Origin: Squalus acanthias
Lineage: Eukaryota
Assembly (NCBI GenBank): GCA_030390025.1
Contig: CM059427.1
Coordinates: 188,170,001 to 188,234,000 of the forward strand
Direction of reading: 5' to 3'
DNA: 64,000 nt
The translations under genes were made by a program, and so were the position numbers. Below, in pieces: positions 54,108 through 64,000 of the stretch (position 1 is its first letter; each line of letters opens with the position of its first letter). The notes below the pieces were generated by a model, which did not search any database, was not told the DNA's origin, and worked only from the letters and a program-made list of their open reading frames with translations.

Positions 54108-54448
54108 GAAACCCAAATCATATTTATTTTTTGGATGAGGGAGATGACATTCCATTAAAAGGACCGGACAATCCTGGGAATGGCCCCGTTGTCTGGGAAT
54201 GGAAACCTCACTCAGGGCAAGAAATCCAGCGACTGGTTACTTTTCACAAAAGGAGTTTGGGCTGGTGGGACGCACAATGGAGCAATCACTACAGAAACAG
54301 TGACTTGTACCAGATGATAGAATGGAATTATTGGAACATTAATCTGAGAATTAGAAATCCCACGTTTAAATGTGCGGGATCGTTCATCTTGACTCAAACA
54401 CAGCCGAGTAATAAAATCCTGAAACTGTACGAAATATTTGGATCAAAG
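54108..54448 (+). CDS. Gene B Ig domain D1 exon (V-like, lacks canonical Cys pair, Trp-rich)
   Basis: ttctaacag|GAAACCCA ... TCAAAG|gtgagt; [40 protein letters not shown]. Confidence 0.85.
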
Positions 54449-55982
54449 GTGAGTGGGACAAAGTCTAGAAAAGGAAAAATAAAATGATTCTCAGTAAATA
54501 ATTTCATGTGTAATGATGAGAGATTGACAGGATCACGTGAGATTTATATCACCCAGTGCAGAGAGCATCTCTCATTAAAACAACCAGGGGAAAGATTTTG
54601 TTCATTGTTTCTCCTGAAATGGTCAACATGACTAAAAACATTTCGACAATTTCACCAGAAATAGCAAACCGAGGAACCTACCCCACAGAGAGTATTATGG
54701 TCTGTACAGTGGCACACTCTCTGTCAGATGTACTAAATTCTGTTACCAAACCAATTGATCTCTGTAGTAATGGGCCTCAGCGCGATGTGACAGGAATAAG
54801 ATTGGCCAGAATCACTGCTCCTGATTGCTGTCCAGTGAACCTGTTCGATGTGTCACTTGGTTGAGGTCCCAGAGGATGTCAAGTGTCCCTGGAACTTGTA
54901 CTATGCCAAGGAGTTAACACCTTCAGAAAAGCAGGGAGAGACATGGCAAAAATATTTAAAAACTTTAGTATAAATAAATCAAATTCTTTAGTTTCTGCCA
55001 ACTAAGGAGGCTGCTCAACAGCTGCACTTTCTGGTTGGTTGATGTGATTAACATCTAAATGAGGCTGAGGTCACTGTCAAATGAACTTGGTACAAAATAT
55101 AATCCAATCCTGAAATGTCGTAGTGGCCAAAATATGATTGTGACTGCACTGGGCCTGGACCATTGCTCCTGAGGTGTTGGCCCAAACTGCACCAGAATGA
55201 GTTGACCATAACAGAAAGTCAACTCATTTACATTTGTTAGTGGCACTCATGGTACATAGTGCGTGGTACACGGGGAATGTCACACGGGTCGGGCACCAGA
55301 GTGTTGGGCTCCAGCAGCTAATGTTTGCCACCATTATTTTGGCCTGGCTTTGGAACTAAAGTCCCTGTTGAAGATTTGATTCTTAATTGTCATGTTGTAG
55401 GTGGGACTGAAAGTCAGGGTGGGCATTTTTAGAACAAGCCTCTCCTGAAGTGCCGTTCCTCATGGACGCTCAATGATTGGAGCCCTGCTCAGGAGCATTT
55501 TGGGAGCCCACTAATTGAAATAACGTAATGACTGTTGACGTGGATTTTGTGCACAGGCTCCCAGTGTGTGTGTTGGGTGGTCTTACTGAAGTGTGCGAGG
55601 CACATTGAGAACAGAGTGGGACTGGAGCCTTCTCCATGTCTGATAATATGGGCGCTACATTTCCATCACACCCTCCTCTGGTGAGATTCCATCACCTGTC
55701 CATTGTGGTGTCGGCTTCCACAAATGCCATCCAAACCATGTAACCTTAACCTGACCCCGATTACTCCAGCAGGGTCAGGGGTAAAGGTCATCAGCCGCAC
55801 TCTGGCTCATTCACGCTGGCAGAGCTTGACTGAGAATTTTCAGCCTCACTGTGTTATTCTACTGATAAAATGCACTTGTGTGTAATCTGGCCTGACTCCA
55901 TAATGCAACAAGGTAAAAGTGCTGATGATGGGCACATCCTACGGTCAGTTAGAACCTAATCTTATTGATTTGTTCTTCACAG

Positions 55983-56252
55983 TTGAGTCAAGTCCACAGA
56001 GGCCTTTGGTGGGCAGTGACATTACACTCAGCTGTACCATCTCCAAACTCTCAGATACAGTCAGTCTTCAATGGAAACAGAGAGACTCATCTCAGCAGAA
56101 CAGGATCAACACTGATCAGATCCGACGAAATAACACAGTCTATCTGATCGTCAAACATGTTGCAGTAGAAGATAAGGAGTTGTACGTGTGTGAAGTGCAG
56201 GAAGATGGATCCATTATTCTCACAGGACAAGCAGATTTTTATGTGGACCAGG
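55983..56252 (+). CDS. Gene B Ig domain D2 exon
   Basis: ttcttcacag|TTGAGTCA ... GACCAGG|gtaagt; 78 of 90 aa identical to gene A D2. Confidence 0.9.
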
Positions 56253-58242
56253 GTAAGTGCAGTTACCTCACAGTAGGTATTAAAGAGTTACTAACATAAA
56301 ACTGTTACATATAAAGTGGAGTCATACATGTCAACCATCAGCACTTCATGCTTACAGTCAGCATGTGGGGGCCCGGCGCACATATCAGCATTGAACAAAA
56401 AACTGGCCTCTCGCCCCTCAATGCCACTTCTAACCGAGTTCTGCAGCTATTTGAAGTGATTCCAGCTGCTGCATACTCTAGGCTTCAAATAAGCATTCAG
56501 CTGGGAGCAGGACTGAGGGAAGAGGGAAGGGCAGGGAATCAATGACCATGAACGGGAGAGGGAAGGATGGAAATGATGGCAATGTAGAGGAGAGATGGTG
56601 GGCAGAGGGAAATGACAGAGGCTGGGAGTGGGGCTTTGGGGGAGGAAGAGGGAAAAGCTGAGAGTGGAACTTTGGAGTAGAAGATAAGAATTTGCATTTG
56701 TGTCAAGTGCATAAAATAGACCCTGTTATTAAAAGAGCATCAAAACTATTGGTGTGGATCAGGGTAAGGTCAGAACTACCTTACAGTAGATATTAAATAG
56801 TTACTGAAATAACACTGTTATAAAACAAAGTACAGGGAGCACAGAGACAGCATATGCTTTTACTACAGACTGGGACCTTATTTTCTCTTTGGAACATTGG
56901 TGTAAATATAACATTGCAATACAGTGGGCAAATATCAACAACCAGGTCTAGATGGATCTGACAATAAATAGCTAAAGGGATGAAGGTGGACAATATTCTC
57001 ACACAGCTAATCAGTTACCCAAACACAGAGACAATTATTTTCTAAATATGGTTCACTTTACTCACTGCAAGGGCACAGCATTAAAGTCCAGCCGTGAATA
57101 TCTATTCAGTGCTCTTGCAATACACACACATATGGCCAGAATTTTCCAGGGTGGCAGCGGGGGCGATCGGTGGTGGGTCGGGTGGGAAAGTTATTATTTT
57201 TGTGAGTGGTTTGGGAACCTGCTGTCATCCCGCCCCCATCGCCTTTCCCCCAGGTGCCTCTGTCATCGCGGAGCCGACCCAACTGGCAGAGGCGGGCGGC
57301 CCAATTGAGATGATTAACAGCTCGTTTTCAGACCATTAACAGTCTTTTTTAACTGACTTTTAAAATTTTACTGCACGGCCACGGCAAGCACATTGCTCAG
57401 GAAGCACGTCTGTCAACCTGAGGCGGGAGTTCCATTGTCATTGTTCCAGCTGATTACTTGACAGCATCTAATGTGCAGCAAAAGCCCCCACCTGACAGAT
57501 GATCACTTTCCTCAGGCAGAAACTGTTGCTCAGTCCATTTCCAGCACAGATTCTGCAGGCTGCAAGTGTTTCCAGCAAAGTCTCCATCCAGTCTCACCTC
57601 ATTGGAAGAACTCTCTCACCATTGACAGAATGCTTCTGTTATCTGTACTTCACCTGCCATCTATTCCTTCAGCATGGGAGCCATTGATACTGTCTCAACT
57701 TGGTCCTCAGAATTGGAACACGATGAGCCCCAACACCAGCAGCACCAACAACAACACCAACCTTCTCCGCAATCACCTGATGCTGCACAGGACAGCGGGC
57801 ATCAGCAGCCAAGTGCATTGCTGTCCGCGAGGCCAGGGATGGCCTCATCATGGCCAGATTTAGTTAACCTTACGCTGTATACCTATATGGCTGCCACATG
57901 AAGCGCCAGGTTGTCACCACCCCACACCAGCACCACAAAGCATCCCTAACAATCCCCAAGCCATTCCTTTCACACTCATCACCATTGCGGGGATACCGTT
58001 ATGTCTCACCATTCACTACAACTCACTAAGTCACTTCCAAAGGTGCACACAAATCTGTTGAAGACTGGAAAGTGTTGAAAATAAAAAAAATTATGTTTGA
58101 CATCACACTAACAGAAACTTCACATAGACATTGGAAAAAACACCCAAGTGGTTCCCCTTGTGTGTTGTTAGTTGCACTAGGATGAGGGTGAGTGTGAGGG
58201 GTGGCTAGTGAGATGGGGATGTGATAATGAGAGAGAGGGATG

Positions 58243-59887
58243 TGTAAGGGATTCGTGCTGACGGCTGCTCTGTGCGGAGGCTGGGTGCTAGTGCGGGGTT
58301 AGGCCTTGTTGCCTGTTCTGGTCTCCAGCCAGCCTGGTAGCACTAGACACCTGTGAGTGGTTCGACCCACTCGCCCTTACGGTTCTGACACTGGACTTAG
58401 GTGCGAGAGCAATAATGCAGAGAAAACTCAGGTAGACCCGGTTGAATAGTACGAAATTGAAAATCTTTATTGCATATTGTTCAAGATTACGAAATATATG
58501 TCATAAGCACAGATTAATGACAGTACAAGCTTACATACATTTATGAAACTAGGTTTAGGGAAACGAGGAGCGCACGACACATCGTAAAAGGGGACACACA
58601 TTATAGTTATCCTTAAAACAAAAACCCTCCCCTATCAATGCCTGTCCTAATGTAGATCTGTAGGATCGAGACTCATGCTCACCACTCGTGATAACTCGGA
58701 GAATTCCGAAAAGCTGCTCGGATGTTTTCGCCACAGCACCTGACTATTCACGTGTTGATCAGGGGTCTCTGTACCCCACTTGTTTACTCGCTTCTGCTCC
58801 GGCTCGCAGGCTGGACCGTCTGCTGTCATGAAGATCTGTGTTGGTCTCGGATTTCTGATACTACTCAAAAAAGAGTCTTCCTGTGCCCTACACTGGTTGT
58901 CGGTAGAACTCGAAGAAAAGTCTTCCAGGGCCAGTTGTGGAGTAGCCGATAGAATTCAACGAAGTGGTTAATCGATTTTCGTGCGTGGTCGGGGTTTACT
59001 GAACGCGGCGGCACGTGTAGTCGTCTTCTTCTCTTCTCAACACATCTCATCTCATCTCCTCTCGGGCCTTCGGTTCCAACACCGTTTACCGACTTCTCGG
59101 GATGGTGCGCCCGCTTATATGCCTTCGCAGACCAGCTCTCCACAGATCTTCGTGGCAAGCCACGAGGTTGACTCCCGGAAAATCAGCGGATCAGAGAATG
59201 AGAGTCAAGAGCCCTCAGGGATAAGAGGAATAAGCGCAAGAGAGAAATGGATGTTTGGACACTACAGTTATAGTACTGTAATTCCTTATCTCCCGCCCAT
59301 TCTTAAAGTTCATCTTTTGTCATGTTTTGGCACTCAAACTTCTTGTATGGGGTGGTACTTGTCGTTAATGGGTTTCGGTGATACTTGTAACTGTCTGAGT
59401 ACCCGTTAATATTTCTCCCATTGTGGAACCGGCTATGAGTCTCCCTGGAGGGGTTTTGGGACCTCCGAATTCTTGCTGTGAGTACCCGCGAACGGCTCTC
59501 TCATCGTAGAGCCGTGGGGAATTTGCGTATCAATGTCTTTGGATGGGCCCCTTGATTGCCCAGTACAATAGCTCTCATTTGTGCATGGAAAACCCGATTC
59601 CAGCACTTATATTCCTTGCTTGGGTGTTAAAATGCAAAACAATCTCGTCTTGTCTTATCTCAATATGCTGAGTCCTGTCCGATCTTGCTGAAATGTTTAT
59701 TGAAACGCCATCTTGTCTGCCTACTGAAAGTCCAGAACCTTCTGCCACGAGGCGTGGCGGCCATTTTACAGGCTGCTTGTGTCCGTTTTGAAACCTGACA
59801 GCATTTTGCTGAAATAAAGCTGTTTATACGAAAACATATGTCTCTATCTCATTATTTCGAAATTGCGATAAATTTGGGAATTCTACA
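58243..59887 (-). mobile_element. 1645-bp solo LTR in the gene B D2-D3 intron
   Basis: TG...CA termini, perfect GATG TSD, empty site at about 3275 in gene A, AATAAA on the minus strand near 58468. Confidence 0.92.
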
Positions 59888-60460
59888 GATGGGTGGAGGT
59901 GCAAGGTATATTGGTGTGAGTTAAGATATGCAGGATTAGGGTAGGGAAAGCAGAGTAATGGGGATGTGATGAGAGGCACAGCAGGATGAAGTTGAGTGTG
60001 GCTTTGTTCTCACCTTTCCTGATCTAATGAGATCATTGAAATGTTTGCAGCACTGCACCCAGGTCCTGCTGATAACTTCCCTGCTTGTGACCTCCTCTGC
60101 AATCTGCAAACAAGCTGTTTTGGTCTGCTGTGGAGGTCCCTTCCACATCGGAAAAGAAGAGGATGTCCCTATGTGCTGTTATTCCCTCCATAAGCACATG
60201 GAGGGAGTGATCGGAGAACCTGGGTGCTCAGTGTTTGCAGCTCTCCAATTTTAATTTTTATAAACTTCTGTTGTATTTTGTGAATTGAAGTCACCCAAGT
60301 TGTGCAATTTTTACACAGTTCATAGCTTTGATAAATTAGGATATGATGATCATAACACAAAGTATTTTTCTATAATTGTGGTTGGTAATTATTCTGGCTT
60401 TTCTCTCTACCTCAGCAACTGTAAACTTCTAACATGTTGTTCTCTGTCTCTCTATTGCAG

Positions 60461-60802
60461 ATTTATTTGGGAGGAGTTACACACTTTATCGGTCAGGCAC
60501 AGATCACAGTGAACTCGACCTGATTTGCTATTATGTTTCTGCTACTTTCAACACTGCTGCATGGACCTGGAGGTCACATCATCTTCAAAATCAGGAGAAA
60601 GAAATAGCATCTGCTTCAATATCTCAGCTCATCAATGGAGACAGGACCTACTTTGGGAGTCGACTGGTGCCCACAGTGGCAGAGTTTAATGGCAAGAACT
60701 TCAGTGTGAGGATTGTCCCTGTGCTGTTTGAAGATGCAGGAGATTACACATGTTCTCTGGGATCAAATAAATTTGTGACCATTAAACTAATCACAGTTAA
60801 AG
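60461..60802 (+). CDS. Gene B Ig domain D3 exon
   Basis: tattgcag|ATTTATTT ... GTTAAAG|gtagga; EDAGDYTC. Confidence 0.9.
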
Positions 60803-60880
60803 GTAGGAGACAGAATGTTGCTGTTGTTTTCAATGATCAAGTTATTGTTTAAAATCTAAATGATTTTCTTGTTTCCACAG

Positions 60881-61150
60881 TCACAGCTGAACCATCTGAT
60901 GCAGTGACTGAGGGAGACACCGTTACCCTGACCTGCTCTGTCTCTGATGTCACTGAATCAATGAGACTTGTTTGGATCAGTAGCGATGGCAAAACTGTTG
61001 GAGAAAAAAAATGGAATGGACAGAATGGGGAAGAGAAATCATTGAGACTGATTATTCCGAAAGCTGATAGAGGCAGAGGGAACTGGATATGTGCTTTGTT
61101 TTATCAAAACAGGCCCCGGGTTTTAGTCCCGTACTATCTGGAGCCCAGTG
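60881..61150 (+). CDS. Gene B Ig domain D4 exon
   Basis: ttccacag|TCACAGCT ... CCCAGTG|gtaagt; GNWICAL. Confidence 0.9.
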
Positions 61151-62466
61151 GTAAGTGACTCAGGGTTTGCTCTTTATATTTATATTCTCGATAGAAAATT
61201 CTTATCACTTATTGTTCTTGTTGCCAGAAGTAGCCCCTCCTTTATATCCTGTGTGTGAGGCTCTACAGTGGGGCAGAGTCTCAGAAAATCTACCCTGAGA
61301 TAAATACTGTGGCTACAAGGGCAGGTCAGATGCTGCGTATTCTGCGACAAGTGACTCACCTCCTGACTCCCCAAAGCCTTTCCACCAACTACAAAGCACA
61401 AGTCAGGAGTGTTATGGAATCATATCCACTTGCCTGGATGAGTGCAGCTCCAACAGCACTCAAGAAGCAAAGCTTCAAATTCAGAATTACCATGTGGCTC
61501 CCTGTACACCAACCCTGTCCTGCAACATCACCTGCTCTCTACATCCTGTTAAATAACGTGAATTCTCAACAACACTCAAGAAGCTCAACATCATCCGGGA
61601 CAAAGCAATCCGCTTGATTGGCAGCCCCTCCACCACCTCCACCACCGGCGCAACGTGACTGTAGTGGGGACCATTTACAAGATGCACTGCAGCAAATCAC
61701 CAAGGCTTCTTCAACAGCACCTCCCAAACACACAAACTCTACCACCTAGAAGGACAAGGGCAGCAGGTGCATGGGAACACCATGACCTCCAATTTCCCCT
61801 CCAAGTCACACACCATCCTGGCTTGGAAATATATCGCTGTTCCTTAATTGTCGCTGGGTCAAAATCCCGGAACTCCCTACCTAACAGCACTGTGGGAATA
61901 CCTTCACCACACGGAATGCACAGGTTCAAGAAGGCGGCTCACCAACACCTTCTCAAGGGCAATTAGGGATGGGCAATAAATGCTGGTCCTGCCAGTGACG
62001 CCCCCATCCCATGAATGAAAAAACAAACTCAGCACAGCCTGGGATTGAGCTTGGGACGTACCTGGTCTGTGTCTCAACTACACTCTTGGTAAACAGTCTG
62101 AGACAGGGCAAGTTTTTTTTGACAGCAGAGTGGTACAGAAGCCATTTCCATTGGTTTTCTGACCCAGAATTGATCAGAATACTGAGGCAGAATGCCTAAA
62201 GAAATTCACAGCAAAAAGTCATTCTCAGCTGCAAACATTGTAATTGAAACTCCCAACTCAACAGGCTCAGAGAAACTCTTCTTCTCTGCCTGTCTCAGCT
62301 CATCCTGGGAACATCGGTGCCTCATCACTCTCATTCTAACTGAGGGCTCGTGCATTGTGAGCGCAAGAGCAGGAAACTCGAGGCTGCAGAGCCACTGGCC
62401 CGTATTATAATATATGTAAATTAGCTCATTTGGGAACTCCACAGGCAGATCGTGGGAAGAGACAAA

Positions 62467-63194
62467 GGGCTGGATTTTGCCGGCACTCAGAGGGCGGGTT
62501 TGGAGGCGGGTGAAAGGTTAAAATCATTTTGATTGACGGCGAGTTGCGATCCCGCCATCAACCCATCTCCAAACAATTTTCCCAAGTGTCGGGTCCCCGA
62601 TTTGCACATGGACCCAACACCTAGCGGCGGGAAGAGGATTAAAGGCAATTACCTGCCTATTAACAGGTAGTTGCCATTAGTTGACAGGGTCTTTTTGAAT
62701 TTTGCCACTTCTGGCTCGGGTTTCCCGATGTCCGGACACCATGCCAGGTAAGTGTGCCATGTTGTGAGTCTGCTGTAATGTTTCTGGATTGATGACAGCT
62801 GCAGAAGTGGTGTGAAGGATCCAAAGGTGCACTGATGAGTTTCAGAGGCAAGAAAATATTGGGAAATGCATTTGTAATACATTTACACATTTCTTTAGGT
62901 TACAAGTTTTGAAATCGATGTCCAGTGCCACTCATTGGGAGAACCTTTCTCACCAGTGACAGATCGCTTCTGTCACCTCTCCTGCTGCTGTCATCTATTC
63001 CAGCCTATGGAGGGAGTCATTGGAGAGCCTGGGTACAGTGATAGTCAGTGTTTGCAGCATCTCAATGCTGTCAAACACTGAGAAATCATCTGTCAAAAAA
63101 GAATTGTGCGTGTTCCCTTTAAGAAAACCGGCAGATGACGCGTCATCAAATGACGTCATCTGACTGGCTTCCTCTTAATTGGCCGGCAAGCCCG
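62467..63194. mobile_element. Non-autonomous Harbinger derivative interrupted by an LTR
   Basis: Starts GGGCTGGATTTTG, the same TIR as 35907-40184. Confidence 0.65.
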
Positions 63195-64000
63195 TGTGAA
63201 GGAAATAGCTATATTCCAAGAAATACATCATCCTATAATCAGATTTGATAATATTAAAACATGACAAACTGGGGTTAAAAATCTGAAACCTCGGCGACAC
63301 AGGCCATAAAACAGAAATACAGGCTTATGAGATAAGATGGTTTGTTAACACAAAGCTGTGAACACAAGCTTTGAAATGGGAATTGGTTTCTAAATACAGA
63401 GACAAAGCCCTATTGAAGCAAACCATTGGTGCTTCCAGAATGTCTAGAGTTTGGAACAAAACAATAGGAATGACCCAAGTAAAGTGTCAAAATCGAACAC
63501 GTCGAACAGGTGCACAGAACATTAAAAAAAACAAGTGCCTTTGAAAAAATGACATCAAGTAAAAGAAATACCTGCCGTAAAATAGTTTTATGTTAAACTT
63601 AGAAACAGGAGACACGGTTCTTAATATAAGCAATTGAAGTAAATAAGAAATGCATGGAACACCCGAGATGAAGTGTTTACAAGTTGTAAAAGGTACAAAT
63701 AGGAAGGCTTTGAAAATATAATATCAATAGATGACACCAAGCAATTACATTGTGTTTGTATTGAAAATGGAATAGTTAGGAGACACGACGTCTGGCTTAC
63801 AAGTAGTTAAGTGACATTAGAAATTCTATAGAAAGACTTCCTAAGAATAGCATCAAATAGATAAATCAGTAATAAACATTTTATGATGGTTTTTGAAACA
63901 CCTAAACAGGAGACAAGTCTAAAAGCTAACAGCTGGTATGACAATAAAGAATAGTAGAAAGTCAGCAAAGAATGACTTGAGACAATTAGCTTACATCAGC
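63195..64000 (+). mobile_element. LTR (5' part, runs off the window)
   Basis: TGTGAAGG start; homology to 45148-45490. Confidence 0.7.

Larger units (their letters stand above)
51397..61150 (+). pseudogene. Gene B: tandem paralogue of gene A (leader, D1-D4; 3' part beyond window); frameshifted at the D1 3' end as sequenced
   Basis: Exons 51397-51484, 54108-54448, 55983-56252, 60461-60802, 60881-61150. The D1 exon is 341 bp (TTTGGATCAAAG|gt vs TTTGGGATCAAAG|gt in D5). This could be a homopolymer sequencing error, in which case the gene is intact. Confidence 0.7.
54997..62385 (+). repeat. Segmental duplication copy 2; matches 1-5053, and its post-D4 intron matches 15539-16772
   Basis: Direct alignment by eye. 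Confidence 0.9.

Overview
Eukaryotic genomic DNA, most likely from a cartilaginous fish (inferred from the CR1 LINE, Harbinger, Penelope-type and SINE repeat content). About two thirds of the window is transposon-derived. The host content is two tandem, same-strand paralogues of a multi-exon immunoglobulin-superfamily receptor that the ORF track shows only as fragments. Gene A (starts upstream of the window, runs 1020 to about 24.5-26.3 kb) can be spliced by eye into C2-V-C2-V-C2-V-C2-TM-cytoplasmic tail. By homology to gene B it has 8 Ig domains: a CD4/LAG-3-like V-C2-V-C2 module duplicated in tandem. Its transmembrane helix carries a central lysine, and its short tails have neither the CD4 CxC Lck motif nor a tyrosine signalling motif, which suggests an adaptor-coupled activating receptor. 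Gene B (leader at 51397, D1-D4 to 61150, continuing beyond the window) has a 1-bp frameshift at the end of D1. Between the paralogues, D3 differs at 18 codons, all amino-acid changing. Mobile elements include three near-full-length PIF/Harbinger transposons with TIRs and 3-bp TSDs, solo LTRs with 4-bp TSDs (one three-level nest), CR1 LINEs, MITE-like inserts, short Penelope-type inserts with hammerhead-ribozyme-like cores, and minisatellites. All family assignments come from motif recognition and manual alignment, not database searches.
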